Source: Anthoceros angustus (Eukaryota; Plantae; Anthocerotophyta). Taken from it: 64,000 bases of DNA. Positions within the stretch are counted from its first letter, which is position 1, and the number at the start of each line of letters is the position of its first letter. Shown in pieces: positions 13,496-27,654 of this stretch. Below the pieces are notes generated by a model. The model saw nothing but the letters and a program-made list of their open reading frames with translations. It made no database searches and was not told where the DNA came from. The DNA lies in contig MU008172.1 of assembly GCA_010909165.1 (NCBI GenBank), positions 1,116,001-1,180,000 of the forward strand, given 5' to 3'. A program made the translations under genes and the position numbers.

Positions 13496-13761
13496 GGCGG
13501 TCAGGTGTGCGCTCGATTTGGGTGGACACCGTGAAATGACTTGGAGTGGAGCGGTGGGGAATGGTTTAGGGCATCTCCCACCTCCACTTGTCCTCGTTCC
13601 GCATCCCTGCCCCAGCGCACACCACATCTTTCGAGTGGGGTCCGCCACGTTTGTCCGGCTGCCTTGTATGCTGCACACCGTGATGCCTGAGTAGTTTGCA
13701 GTTGCCATTGCCAGTACCCAGCTACTCTTCGGGATCGCGGATCGCAGACCGAGCTGCAGTC
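13496..13761. promoter_or_regulatory. Putative bidirectional promoter / shared 5' region
   Basis: Only 266 bp separate the divergent ATGs of the fibrillin (13495, -) and D27-like (13762, +) genes. Confidence 0.55.
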
Positions 13762-15417
13762 ATGGCGGCAGCTGCATCGGGGCAGTACTGGGCTACAGTG
13801 GCCGCCCGTGGGGGACCGCACTCCCTGCCTTCTTGTTCCTCCTCGTCCTCCCTATCGTTGAATTCCCAGGTCCAATTCTGCGGGCACGGATGTCTAAGCA
13901 CGCCCAAGAGCAGGCGCTGGAGCTATAGCTGGCGTCCTTCACTGCAAGCTCGGGCGCATCTCGTCTCTGCTCCTACCTAAGTTTTCGAACTGCCGTCCGA
14001 TTACCTACTCTACTGGCAGCAACTCACAGTCTCGTGGCACAATCTTGCAGGTTGAAACGCCACCTTCGCCGTCTGCTTCGGAAGCTTCTCCTTACCAAAA
14101 CACCTTCCTGGATGATATCTTTTACGGAATGTTCCGAAGTCAGTGTCAGCAGGTATGTCCTTGAGCGCAGTTGCAGTTGCAGTTGCAGTTGCACCACGAG
14201 TAATCACGCCCTGCAGCTTGGAACGTCACCCATCTGTTGCACTCTCTCCAGGAGTTGGGATGGAAATCCAGCAATCCAGAATATGAGGGCCTGATAGAGG
14301 AGTCTAAGCGCCTTCTCCGGAAGCATCGTACCAAGACAGAGGTCGAGGAAGCAACGGTGATCTCTCCCGTTCTATGTTTTGCTGGCATGGTCTCCGCCGC
14401 TTGCTTTCGCATTCATGCTGACCTTGTGAAGTGCAGGTCCGAATTTTGAGATCGCTGTTTCCGCCACATTTGCTTCCTCTGTTCAAGCGCCTCATTCCAC
14501 CTATTGCTGATGGCAAGCCTGCTGCTATTCTGCTAGGTGACAAGACACACTCTCTCCTCTGCCCCTCTCAAAACTCTCATTATCGTCTGGCCCTCTCAAA
14601 ACCCTAGTCCTACAAGCCTGCTGACAGCAGTGCATATTATGTGCAGCAAGAGTGACTCAGGCCACCTGCCAATGGCTCATGGGGCGCTGCACGATGACCG
14701 AGGTGCAGCTAGCAGACGGGTCGACGCTGCGGAGCGGAGTAAACTTCCTACTCCTACACATTCGCAGTGCCATTTATTTGGTTGTGGTGTCCCAGCCCAG
14801 CAGCGCTCCTTACACAGCTCGGTGCAGGTTTTGGTAGAGAAGTGCAAGTACTTGCAAGAGAGCAAGTGCGCGGGCATCTGTATTCACACCTGCAAGATAC
14901 CTACCCAGGTGAGTCGAGTTCTTCATCTTTTGTGAACAGTCCATGTGCCAAAACATGCGCAGATGGTAATCGGGCCTAGGGTATTCAGGCGTTTATCATG
15001 GGCGACATGGGTGTACCGCTTACCATGGAGCCAAATTATGAGGATTTCAGCTGCCAGGTCTGTTCGTGACCACTCATGTGCTCGTCACACACACCTCATA
15101 TGGAAACAAAAGGGGACTGATTGTCTGACTTTTGCTCTCGATTTTCTTGTCCAGTTCAAATTCGGCGTGGAGCCCCCGCCCCGTGAACAAGACAAGGCAC
15201 TTTCCACCCCTTGCCTAGATGCCTGCCCTATTGCAGCTGCACGACAGAATATTAGATCTCTCCCAGACTCCCAGCAATGCCCGCAGGTATGTCTGGAATC
15301 CCCCACTTTTCTGCCTGCGCTCTCGCATCGGCCGGCTGATGGAGGCAGAAATGGATACTCATTTAAAGAGCCCCTTGTATGAAACGTTCCTTGCCTGGTT
15401 TGTCACAGGTCAGCTGA
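13762..15417 (+). CDS. Beta-carotene isomerase D27-like protein, multi-exon; first donor site and last exon approximate
   Basis: FLDDIFYGMFR, YEGLIEES, VRILRSLFPP, ARVTQATCQWLMG, VLVEKCKYLQESKCAGICIHTCKIPTQ, MGVPLTMEPNYEDFSCQFKFGVEPP. This is the D27-family Cys motif. Confidence 0.92.
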
Positions 15418-15959
15418 CGAGGAATGATACTCCGTCGGAGTTGAACGCAAACAGTCACGTTTCTTTTTCTTCTCTTCATGTTGCATAAAGTCCTCTTTTC
15501 CGCATGTTTCATAGTCTTAAAAAGACTACCTACTACCTAGCTGAAGGAGGTGAAGTTTATCTACGCACCTGTCGAGAATTGAACTCACTTGTCGGGAGTG
15601 AGGCTGACTACCGAACCCCCCGAGGGGTGATTCAATAGGGTAATGCAGAAATAATTGTTACAAGTAATTTAATATTTAAATATAATTTAATTAAAATTTA
15701 ATATTCGTAACTAATATCTATGCCTAGCTTCCTACATATGGGCTAGTCTTCATTCAACTTTTTGGTTCAGAGAAGCTGATACTTGCAAGCAACCAAATAT
15801 AATAAAAAATAAGCAAGCAACCAAATATGATAATAAATAAGCAATCTCCACTTACATTGATGTTTTTCAAAATAGCGGATGAGGAGAAGGATGATGAAAT
15901 TATAAGAGATGTACACTTCTTTTCTGCAAGTATAGTTGCTACTTCACAAGAAAAAGTAT

Positions 15960-16910
15960 CGAAGCTAGCACCTAGAAAGCGACCAATTGGAAGACCTCAA
16001 AAAACAACATGTGGGGTTCTTGTTCTATTATGCAAAGGAACAAGCAAGAAGATGAGGATGCCCAAGGGGGATGAGTAAAAGAAATGGAAAGGTCCTTATA
16101 CTAACTGGTTTCAAGTCCATTTATGGCCCCCTATAGAAACAAGCATTATGAAGCATAGAAATTTTGCTATTGCATTGCAGTATCGTAAAACTACCCATGG
16201 AAAGCCCGGAATGGACAATCCATATAACAAGCTAATGTTTGGGTCCTTGTACATTTGGTTTGACTCTAAGACATGAGAGTTGAAGCCTAGTACATACAAG
16301 CTTGCAATTAGGGAAAATTTTACAGTATCCGCACCAGCTATCAACATGACAGCTTTGAAAGATAGACATGACGTGAAGAAGGAATCAAGTGATACACCTA
16401 AGTAGGGCAAGTTGCAGATTTGGGTTTTTTGGGAGATGGCAGCGATAGCAGCATGGCGGCAGTGTGGTGCGTGTGGTAACTTATGTCGTTATGCCGGCGT
16501 TGGGCCCCCGTGGTGGGGGCTCTGCAACTAGCACATGGGCCGACTTTGCCGGTGTGTGGAACTCCAATTGTCAACCTTGGGGTCTGCATGTGGATATCGG
16601 TACGCCTAACCCATGGAACCCACAGGTTGAGGGGGTTGTTGTGGGAGCATCAGAGTTCTCCCCTGCACATCCTCATCACTTTGACTTTTCAGGAGATGCC
16701 ATTGATTCTGGTGCTAACGTGAGGAAGGAGCATGGTGATTTCTTGAGAACCTTGAGGGATGATGGAGAACCAATTAATGCCCCTCTTATCCAATCCATGT
16801 TGAGGGGTATTATTCAAGCTAGAGCACCTAAATTTAGTGGAAACAGAAACTTTCAAGTTAGCATTGATTGGACAAGGCAATTTCATGAAACGAGAACTCT
16901 CATGATGGTC
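15960..16910 (+). mobile_element. Pogo/CENP-B-like DNA transposon remnant, frameshifted and interrupted
   Basis: AT-hook-like KRPIGRP, then KGPYTNWFQVHLWPPI...GSLYIWF, then a CENP-B-type HTH-like segment LRTLRDDGEPINAPLIQSMLRGII...FQVSIDWTRQF. Stop codons present and no DDE domain seen. Confidence 0.5.
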
Positions 16911-18726
16911 CTATCAAGCATCCGCTACCACAGCGACCCTAAACATTATTCTTGGTGAGGTTGTAGGGTAGACGCTAATTGCAGTAGATGCTGGAAGGTT
17001 CACATATTGCTATGGCTGATGGCTGCTGATGCTGCAATATGTGGTGCTGCCCTCTGCAAACGTCGGCCTTCATGTTAGAGGACATTGAGGAGGTGCCTTC
17101 TCTGTATGAGCAGCTGCCTGCGAGTCTGGGCAAGGCAATAGCATCCATTCTTGCAGCCTGGGCGCATCTTTAATCGCTTGTAGCCTAAACATCTCAGCAG
17201 CTTAATCTGAACGTTCGTCTTCATCCATGGGAGCAGGCTAAAGAAGAGGCGTTGGTCACGGTATTCTCGCTTAGCTGCTGTAGTGGGCCTTGAGCAGGAC
17301 ATTATGAGCGAGCACTGGTCTGCTTCTGCCTCGCCCCCACTTCACCAATGTGGTGATCGATTTGTCTCTGGAGCCTGCACTTCTATATTCCTTGGCTGCA
17401 CACGTCACGTCATTGTGTCATCATTCATGGGCATTAGGGTTTGAGCTGGTATGAGCTCAAACCCTGTTGATGTCCTGAGCCATGGAGCAATTCGAGCTCG
17501 AGCTCGCACAACAATGTAGGTACGTGGTTTCTTTGGGCTGCAGTTGCTAGCATTTCAATTGATTTGGCATGTTTCTTTGAGCTATCATTTCATTACGCTA
17601 AGGTTGGTCCTACTTTAGAGTGCCCTGCTAAGTCTACTTGTTAGCATTACATGTAATGCAAGGAACACCTTGTACAAAGGTGTTCCTTGCAACCTGCTGC
17701 GATCCAACGCTTTCATCGCTATCCAATTGAAGTAGCCTGGAATAGAAAAAGAATGTGTGCGATGATAATGATGGATTGAAGGTGCTTGTGGAATACCAGG
17801 AAGTTGTGGAATTAGGTGGTATCCTGGATCCTGTGGGTTGCAGGGTTCTTGGGGCCTCCGGCACTGGCATCCGCGGGAACGGCGACGCGGATGGGTCACG
17901 GATATATACATGCGGGATGGGAGGATGGTGGGACCCACATGCTGGGGAAAGCGACCCGACCACCATTACTTTACTTTGTGGGGAGGTAGGTTCAGCAGGG
18001 CGAGGAGGATTAACATTCATAATACGTTTTCGAAAACCCATGACAAGATGCCATACACAATGAATGCGGTGTAACTCATTGCAGTACCCACCATCTCCCC
18101 AATCACTACTGAATCTGCATGCATTTCGGCAACAATTACCGCCGCTCAATTCCCGCAGCCTGCATTGTAACCACTGCCTTTTATGTACCTTATTTGGGTT
18201 TGCAGAATACGAGTAGGACAGAGTGTTTGTACAGATACATATATGTTAGTACATCTGTACTGACATAGGCCTTGGTCTTGAAGCGTAAGAAGCGGGGCCA
18301 AAGCCAACCACGTTTTCTTCACTCCAAACTTTCGGAGTCCAAAGGCGAGCATTTCTTCCCATTACGTATGTACTTTTTCCCCGTGATCATGAATGACGGC
18401 GAGCAGGTTGCGGGCCGGGCCGGAGGCCCGGAGCCCCTAGGACAAGGACTCGGGGCGGAGGCATAGTACATCGCGGCAGGTCCACCAACCTACTAATGTA
18501 GCACCAATGTAACTTATGTACTACTTATAACTTTGTCGATAAAAGTGGGGCCCACCTCCGCCTCCGCCTTCGCCTTCGCCTTCGCCTCTGCGCCCGCGGC
18601 CGCGCTTGAGGATGCGCCTCGCCACCGCCGGGCCGCTGCTCTGTGCCTGTGCCTGTGCCTGTGCCTGCGCCAGGGTTCCAGGAGCCTCCGCTGTTCCGCT
18701 GCTTCCTGAACAAAGCGGTTCCAAGA

Positions 18727-21700
18727 ATGGCGTCCGAAACTGTGCTCGTCGCTAACATCCCGTACGACGTGTCGGCCAAAGAGCTTGCTGACTTCTTTGA
18801 AAGCAAGGTGGGCACTGTTTGCTTTTGTGAACTCAAGGCGAAGCACTACAAATGGCGACATGACGGCTACGGTTTCGTGCAATTCCAAGAGAGGCATATG
18901 TGCGAGTGCGCTATTTCTATGGCGGATTGTCACACTTTGATTCTCAAGGACAGTCTTTTGAGGGTGAACTATGCTAGGCGGGATATCAAGCTCAAACCCA
19001 AGTATGTGCCCACGCGCCTGGATGCTGGCTACTTACATGTGGGATGTCTCTTCAGCGCTGCAAGGCTTGGTGTCTTGTGGCCTTCCTCGAACGCCAAGCA
19101 GCCTGTTTCCGTTGAATTTGATTTTGACTGCGGCATGCTTCGACTCTTTATCACCCTGGACGGCCCTGCTGCTCTTCCGGCAAGGGCCAAGCGGGAATAT
19201 AAGATGGAGTTCCCCTTCCGAGACTTGTCTAAAGTGGACCCTGTGCTGACCGGACCACACAACAAGGCTCTGCTTATTCAGGTAAGCCACAGTAGGTGAC
19301 ATGTGAAATTGACTGTATGGCTGCTCGGCCTTTCTTCTCAAGAGCCTGCCCCTTACATTGTGGTTGCCTTGGGGACGTCGGGATTATATATCTGGTCCCG
19401 TGCCTTTGTGACGACCGCTACTTTGTGCTTGGTATGCCAACAGTTCGCCCGTGATAGAGCCTGAGTGAGCTTCAAGATATTTCCAACTTCAGTTGTTGTA
19501 TTTTGCAGCCCTGGTCTCCTCCTCGGATCTATAAGCGTCAGCGTGATCATGACGACATGGGTGTTCACTTCTTTAATCTCCTGGCAATAGGGGGTGGAGG
19601 AAGCAATGGGTATAGTTACCACAGGGATGAACCTCAACAACCCTGGGTACGCACCGTGGACTTCACTTCCAACTGTAGCATTGGTCAGTCCTTCGCATAC
19701 TGCGTGGAACTACCAGCTGCGAACACAGCCAGCTTCAACACCATACTTCACAGATTGGAGCGCTTTCACCTCTGTTCCTCGTCTGGGCCTTCGGGAGCCC
19801 TTGCTCTGGAGCCAGCATTTGCCTTCGCAGATCTTAACAGCGTCATTGTCCCGATTCTCACCTCCCCACATGTTACAGAGCTTCCCTTCGGAATCCAGTT
19901 TCTTCTACACCACCTCCTGCACACCGGTACTGTAAGTGGGCCATGCCTTACTCCACCGTTCTATGCTATGCTCTATCCAGAAGGATGTCAGCTGCCACCC
20001 ATCACGCAGAGGTATGCTAGCCTTCAGATGCCCATCGAGATTGTGGAGAACGCTCTGGTCAAGCTCTGCAGGCAGATTGAAGTCTGTTATGACCCTCTCA
20101 AGTACATGAAGGAGCAGTTTCAAGTGTACAGTAGTGGAAACGGAAACGGAAACGGCCACCCACCCAGATCAAATGCCATCGAGTTAGATGATGGTCAGAT
20201 GAGAGTTCACCGTCTTATGGTGACACCCACCAAGGGTGTTTTTATGGGTCCCGAGATAGACGTTTCCAATCGTGTTACCAGGCAATACAAGGATTGCATT
20301 GACAGCTTTTTACGCGTCTCCTTCGTAGAGGAGGATTGGGACTATCTCCCTTCTGCAAGTCTCTCTGTTCCCCTGCAGGGTGGAGCAGCTTCAGGACTGC
20401 GCCCAGATAGATCTGATGTTTACAAAAGGATCTCCCGGTTCTTGAGAGAAGGATTTAGCTTTGGAGGTAAGAAGTACGAGTTTCTTGCCTTTTCATCAAG
20501 TCAATTGAGAGAGCAATCCGTGTGGATGTTTGCCGGCTCTCAGCATGGCTTGACAACCCAACATATAAGAGAATGGATGGGAGACTTTTTGAGTATCCGG
20601 AACGTGGCAGAGTGTGCTGCAAGAATGGGGCAATGTTTTTCTTCTTCCACTTCAACTCTCAAAGTCGAGAATCATGAGGTAGAGCATCTTGAGGACATTG
20701 AGAAGAGAGTTGGAAGTGTTCGGTACTGCTTCTCAGATGGGATCGGGAAGATCTCAGAGAGCTTTGCTCGTGAGGTAGCAGCCAAATGCGGATCCAAGGT
20801 GTCCGGAAAGGTGCCATCTGCTTATCAAATCAGGTATGGTGGGTACAAGGGCGTGGTGGCTGTGGATCCTTGGTCCCGTTGGAAGCTGTCTCTGAGGAGC
20901 AGCATGAAAAAGTTTCCATCTCAGCATATCGACTTGGAGGTGCTAAATTACACCCGTGTGATTCCTTGTTTCTTGAACCGCCAAATCATCAGTCTTCTGT
21001 CTACGCTGGGTGTGGCAGCCTCTGTCTTCCAACAGATGCAACATAATGTGGTACAGCAGCTGGAAAACATGTTTCATGACGTCGCAGTGGCCTTGGAAAT
21101 TTTGGAGGTGTCTTGTTCAGGCAACAACCATTTTGCCAACATGGAGATGCTGCGGGCAGGATTCTCACCTCGCTATGAGCCACATCTGCATGGCCTACTG
21201 CGAGCATTCCGCGCTCATCAGCTCATGAACCTTCGAACAAAATCACGCATTTTGGTTCCCAAGGGTAGATGCTTGATGGGTTGCTTAGATGAGTGCGCTA
21301 CCCTCCAGTATGGAGAGGTTTTCGTGCAGGTGTCTCCTGCACCCGGAAATCGACTCTTTCTGGATGATGGGCTTGGTCGGTTTCCATCCTACCGAGGAGT
21401 ATACCACGATCAGAACCCGGCCCATGTGGTGCACGGCTGCAGGGTGGTGGTGGCCAAGAATCCCTGTGTGCACCCTGGAGACGTGAGAATCCTAAATGCT
21501 GTGGATCGCCCACAGTTGCACCATATGGTAGACTGCATCGTATTTCCACAGTTGGGCCCAAGGTCAGCTACTTGCAAATGCTCTTCGACTTTGCTTTCCA
21601 AACGTTTCTCACACACAAACAAGGCTGCCTGCTTCTCATCCTGATGTCCGTTCTGCTCAGGCCCCATCCCAACGAATGTTCGGGAAGCGATTTGGATGGT

Positions 21701-22751
21701 GACTTATACTTCGTGAGCTGGGACTCAAATTTGGTGCCGGACTCCATGGATGTACCCATGCATTACACTCCAGCTCCCAAAAAGCTTCTGGATCATTCGG
21801 TCGCCGTGGAGGTATGTTTGTCAGGCGCGATATCTTTACAAGCGAGACTTGATTGTGCTGCAGGAAAAACAGTAGTAAGGCCTGAGACGTTGTCGGTTTT
21901 GGCAGGAGATCCAGCAGTTCTTCCTGGATCACATGTTGAACGACAGCCTGGGCGTCATCGCTAACGCGCATGTGGTCCACGCTGATAGGTCTCCATTGCA
22001 AGCCCGGGACCCGAAATGTCTGGAGCTCGCCAAGTTGTTCTCCATAGCTGTTGACTTCCCCAAGACAGGCTGTCCCGCAGTCATGCCCGTCAACCTGCGA
22101 CCCGACGAGTATCCCGACTTCATGGAGAAGGGGAACAAAGAGAAAACTTACGTCTCCTCTGGAATCCTGGGCAAGCTGTACAGGGCAGTGAGAGATGCGT
22201 CCACCGAGCAGCAGCCCATTCCAGTGCTTACGAAATCCGACATCGCTGCAGCCTTCGACCGTGATCTCATTGCTGAGGGCTTCCAAGAATATGTGGCGGA
22301 GGCCGCCTTCCTGAAAAGTGAATACGATGCGAAACTGGTTGCCCTTATGAACCAATATGGCATTGAAACGGAGGCAGAGCTGGTAAGTGGCAACATCCTG
22401 AACCTCTCCCGCTACTACAAAAGAAGGACTGGAGATGTGAAGGAACGAATTATGTTTGCCATGGCCTCTCTGCGAAGACAGGTAAAGAGATGGTTTGATC
22501 ACGGCTACCATGTGGGCGAGGATTTGGAAGCAGAGAGCCACCCACAGGGGATGTCGCATGCTCTCGTGGGCTACACACCGCAGCACGACATCTACGCCAA
22601 AGCATCCGCCTGGTATGTTGTAACTTATCACCCTGATTATGTCAACGATTGTGAAGTCACGCCGTTTTTAAGCTTTCCCTGGATCCTGTACGACAAACTC
22701 ATTGCCTTGAAGACCCAAGCCAGGAACAATGACCCTTGCACCCAGATGTGA
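18727..22751 (+). CDS. RDR: RNA-dependent RNA polymerase, RDR-alpha (RDR1/RDR2-like); exons 18727-19281, 19509-21562, 21661-21811, 21906-22751
   Basis: N-terminal RRM (TVLVANIP...GYGFVQF), FLAFSSSQLRE, AARMGQCFSSS, FSDGIGKIS, SAYQIRYGGYKGV, AKNPCVHPGDVR, catalytic PHPNECSGSDLDGDLYFVSWD, AVDFPKTG, KASAWYVVTYHP. Confidence 0.97.
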
Positions 22752-24190
22752 AGGCCTACTTGGAATACTCCGTTCCTAATGTGGAACTACACACTCACAG
22801 ACCTAGTTCGTTCACCTTTAACTCCAGAAGGACGAATCGCCTCATTTTGAGTCGATCGTCCTGCCCTTCCGGTCTTGTGTTCTTTTCGACCGTCCCCTTC
22901 ACCTTCGGATCCTTGAGCGAATTACGCTGAGAGCATAAGGAACATGGGCAAGAATTCTCCCAGTTTCAAGGCTGGAAGTGCCTGGGCATCGGACGTGCCG
23001 AAAAGATCCTTCCCAACCAGCATCGCAGACTGTTTGAGTTTAGCGAGCTGTTGAGCTTGGCGAACTGTTGAGTTCCTCCGATTTTCCAGTCTGGAAAATT
23101 GGTTGGTGTAAATTGGAGACTCCGATGAGCCCCATTTTTTCAGAGTGTTCTAGCATGTCTGCGGCATTCTCCCCGACCGGAGATGCTTTCTTGGTGGTCC
23201 ATGGCATGGCATGGTGGTGACGAAACCGCTCTGAACATTGTGGGCGACGATTACGGGGCTCGTTTCTTTTTTCTTTAGAGGTATGCATGGAGGAGATGGG
23301 CATATTAATTTTGGTGCACAGGTGGATTTTTCCTGATTTAATTACCCTCGAAGAACTGCAAACAGCCTAAAATGGAAAAAACCCCATCCGGCCTTCTGGG
23401 CTAAACATACCTTATAATTTATTCACAGTTGCGCGTCCCACAAAGCAAAGCAGCAAGGAATGCATTGCATGTTCATGTCCCTTGCCGTCAACATGGTGGA
23501 CCCCACTTTCCGAAGAGGTTCGTCATCGCGGTTGATGTCCCGTGACTCCCGTCCGAGAGGAGGTTCGTCCTCCGTGTACTGACGTGGCCACAAGGCCGTA
23601 CTCTTGGCCTTCATGGCCATCGATGGGAAAGCGTTTCACACATATGTACGTACATGTATGTATATTTGGAGCAGGGAAGGACGGCACGTCATTCATTTCC
23701 CGGGTCTGCTATTTTTCTTCGACACAGCAACTGCGATAGCCATAGCACATGGCATCATGATGCCGCCTGGCTAAGTGTGATGAAGGGGAGAGCCTGTCTC
23801 ATGGAAACAGGCTACGGGCCCGACCGAAGCGAAGCATGCGATGGGTCCAGCTACCGCCCCTAACAACACGCTCCCAGCGGACAAGACATTAGGAATGTGT
23901 TCTAACCGGAAGAGGGAGATGGAGGTGGCAGGGACAGGCTGCGGAACAGCCTGCAGAAAGGAAGCGCTAGCTGTTTTGCAGTACCTGCCAGGGAAAACGG
24001 ATACCTTTTCACATGGGTCTCCCGAATGGAATGTGCGCGGAATAGTCTAGTTGTCTCAGGACGGCTGTGGCTCGCCACGTTTAAATTCCTCCTCTCGCTC
24101 CATGGGGCACTTCGCGGAGGAGCGAGGAGAGCTGAGGAGTCCATCTCTTGCGTTCCGTGTCCCAATTCGGGGTTGCCGACGACAAGAAAA

Positions 24191-27142
24191 ATGTGGACGA
24201 CTGTGCACCTGCTGATGTTTCTGCTGGCAGGAATACTCTCTGAGTCAGCCTCCCTTCAGATTAAGGAGGATATCCATCAGCCCCTCTCGAGAATACGATT
24301 GGACAGGAGTCGAGTTCTCTTGGATGAATCTGTGTCCGTGTTTGCTACACCGGACCTTCTCGGGTCCCAGGTGCCTTCCTTACCTGGGTTTCAGTTTGTA
24401 GAGGATTGAAATTGTGAACAAGATATCAAGGTGCTTGCCCAACGTCCAACTTCTCCAGGGAGAGACCTCTGGCCTCGTCACAGTGACATTCAAGCGGCCC
24501 TTTGGAGCAGCAGTAACCGACTGGATTGCTGTTTTCTCGCCAGCCAACTTCGAGTAACTGTCTACATCTGTCTCTTCTTCTTCCTTGGCTTGCTTTTCAA
24601 GATTCTGGGGAATGGGCTTCCTCTGACCCGCAGCACTCTGTTTTGTGACTATCCTCAGCTCATCACTGTGTAAGCCAGGCGCCAAGACCACAAACAAAGA
24701 TCTTCCGCCGTTTCTGTGCACCTCTCCTATCAAGGTAGGGCGGGCTTCCCACTTTTGTCATCCACCTAATGACTGAGTTATTTCTGTTGAGACACAGATT
24801 TGTTTACTCTGGACTTCATTCCCGTGCCTAGTTTCAATACTGCAACTACTCTTCAGCCGATTATGGGCAGAATGGCGCCGGTTCCCTGAGATTCCGGCTG
24901 ATCAACCAACGGTCTGACTTTTCCTTCGGCTTTTTCGAAGGCGACTTGAGCAACGTAAGGTCAAAAATTTTTATTCTGCATAGAGCATGCCTAACATGCA
25001 GAGTCAGGAAACCTTTGGGTTGTTTGCTGACGCTGCTCAAACTGTCGTGTCAATTCAGCCGGTGCTACTGGCCATCTCTAATACAGTACGTTTCTTCAAT
25101 CCTAAGGCCCCAGCGTATGTAAGGCTGGCTCAGGGCTTTGCTTGGAATGAGGTGGGTGCATGGATACTCATCCTTCATTGTACAGGATCATCGGCAATCC
25201 TATTTGGCTCGTGTTTTTTGCAGCTCTTTTAGAGGGGCATGGACCTTCAGAAAGTAGCTGACAAACAACAGGTATGTTAACAGATGACCGTCACCTGGAC
25301 GAGTGGTTACAGCCTGGATGATGGCATCCCGTTGGTAAGATGGGGACCTCAAGATGACAAAGAACAGCTTACAACAGCTGCTGTCACTCTTACATATGCC
25401 CGCAGTGACATGTGCGGTAGGGCTGCTGGTATTGTTTTGAATGTGGAGTTTGAGGATTGGTCACCTGAGTTTGAATGAGTTCGTTGTTTCATACAGGTCC
25501 TCCTGCCAGTACAGTCGGATGGAGAGATCCAGGATATTTCCATACAGGATACCTGAAGGACCTTTGGCCAAGTTACAAGTAAGGGCAAATCCGTGCACCC
25601 ACTATTGGTTTGTTTCATTTTTGATTCCTTCTGGTACTGTGTCCGGGTATTTTGGCATGCATGAGGTCTTGGCTCGGTATGCAGGGAAGCGAGTAACACA
25701 GATAGACATATTGTCATGCAGTTACTACTACAAGGTGGGTCACAAGCTTTTCAATGGTAGCTATGTCTGGGGAGAAGCCCTTTCTTTCAAGTCAGCTCCA
25801 TTTCCTGGACAGAACTCCTTACAACGAGTTGTCATATTTGGCGACATGGGAAAGGTTGCCTCTGATATGGATATCTGGTCGCCAATGTTGCCATGTACCC
25901 TGAGCAGTTGCAGTTTTCAGTTCACTTCGTTCACAAGGTGCTGAATGTCACATTGTCTACATGCTTTCAGGTGGAACGTGATGGCTCCAATGTCTACAAC
26001 GACTACCAGCCTGGAGCGCTGAACACAACTGATACGCTTGTGCAGGATTTAGACAACTTTGACATCCTGTTCTTGATAGGCGATCTTTCATATGCCAATG
26101 GATACCTTTCGGAATGGGATCAGTTTACGGAGCAGGTTGGGGCTATCGCGCGTCGTGTTCCTTTCATGATAGCGAGTGGGAATCATGAAAGGGATTGGCC
26201 TGGCTCAGGTTCCTACTACCAAAACACTGACTCGGGTGGTGAATGTGGAGTAGTTGCAGAGACAATGTACAGCATGCCGTTGAAGAATCGGGCTAAGTTC
26301 TGGTAGAGAGCTTCAATACCATGTGGAACAGTCGTCATTGCATCAGGTCTGTGTGTGCTGAGTGGGAGTCCCAAGGTTCACTGGCTTAATGGCAGTGGGA
26401 TGATGTTTTTTGCTAGGTATTCCACTGATTATGGTCTATTTCACTTTTGCGTGGCTGACACTGAGCATGACTGGAGAGAGGGATCGGAGCAGTATAAGTT
26501 CATCGAAGAGTGCTTTGCCTCAGTTGACCGGCAGAAACAACCATGGCTGGTTTTTATTGCACATCGTGTTGTGGGGTATTCTTCTGGATCCTATTACGCC
26601 TACTCTGGGGGCTTTGGTGAACCTGGGGGCCGTGACAGCCTCCAGGGTCTTTGGCAGAAGTACAAGGTGGACCTGGCTTTCTATGGTCACATCCATAGCT
26701 ACGAACGCACATGTCCTGTGTATGAGGTATCGGACACTGTGAACCCGTATAGAATGCATTATCTTACCGCAAGGTGGCCTGTAGTGGCTCAAATCTCCTC
26801 ATATTGGAATGGTTTTTGTCTGTTTGCATGCAGAACGTATGCCTCAGCAACGAGCGACGTCATTATTCTGGCACCTTCAATGCGACGATACACCTGGTTG
26901 TGGGAGGGGGAGGAGCAGGGTTGGCTGACTTCACCACTTTGAACACCTCTTGGAGTCTGGAAAAAGACCACGACTTTGGGTTTACAAAGCTAACGGCTTA
27001 CAACCAGTCCTCACTTCTCCTGGAGTACAAGCGCAGCAGTGATGGTCAAGTATATGATGAGTTTTGGATCAGCAGGGAGTATAAGGACGTTTTGGGTTGT
27101 GATGGAATAATTCCTTGTCAGGCCATTACGCTAGCGACCTAG
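24191..27142 (+). CDS. Purple acid phosphatase, nucleotide pyrophosphatase/phosphodiesterase type (PAP1/24/27-like), multi-exon
   Basis: Signal peptide, LINQRSDFSF, MTVTWTSGY, and metallophosphoesterase motifs FGDMGK, GDLSYANG, GNHERDWP, AHRVVGYS, GHIHSYERTCP. Confidence 0.95.
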
Positions 27143-27384
27143 ACTCTTCGCTTCCTGTAGGTGTGGTGGCTGCGGTAACAATCTATTTGTTGCCATCTAT
27201 TCCAAAGCACACATGTTACTGTGTTCACGGTACCGTGCGGTTGGTAGGAGTTCTTGAGACAATGACATCACGAGGCTAGCAGCTAGCAATTATAGACAAT
27301 TACGCACCAGACAACTGACACTAGACAACTAGTTAGTATCAGTCATAGAGGTCAGTAATATGTCCAGTTCGCAAGGGTCATGTG

Positions 27385-27654
27385 TGTAAGAACTAGCTCA
27401 GACACAACACAGCCTGGGCAACACACAGGATCAACACAGTTTGCAGACACAAGCAGAGGCAATGGATGGCACACGCAATAGCACCACTGGCTTAGATAGG
27501 CTCCACAGTACACATCAATATGGTGCACAGGGTGCTACATATATAGCCCTTAGGCTAGGCAACTATCGAGGAGGTAAGCCCTAGACTCGAGAGTGCAATA
27601 TCCTAGTATATCCTAATATACTAGAGTAAGTAGCAGAGGATTGAATCTCTAACA
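27385..27654 (-). repeat. Copia 3' LTR (270 bp)
   Basis: tgtaagaac...tctctaaca, abutted by a polypurine tract (GAAGGGGGAG on the minus strand, 27655-27664). Confidence 0.93.

Noticed and set aside
15555-15635. tRNA or tRNA-derived SINE on the minus strand (GAGTTCAATTCTC, B-box-like)
   Set aside because: No convincing cloverleaf or A-box, so too weak to call.
17813-17966. MITE-like inverted repeat
   Set aside because: Only ~6 bp of terminal complementarity and no TSD.
21657-22631. 324-aa antisense ORF over RDR
   Set aside because: Shadow ORF opposite a conserved coding exon, with no independent support.
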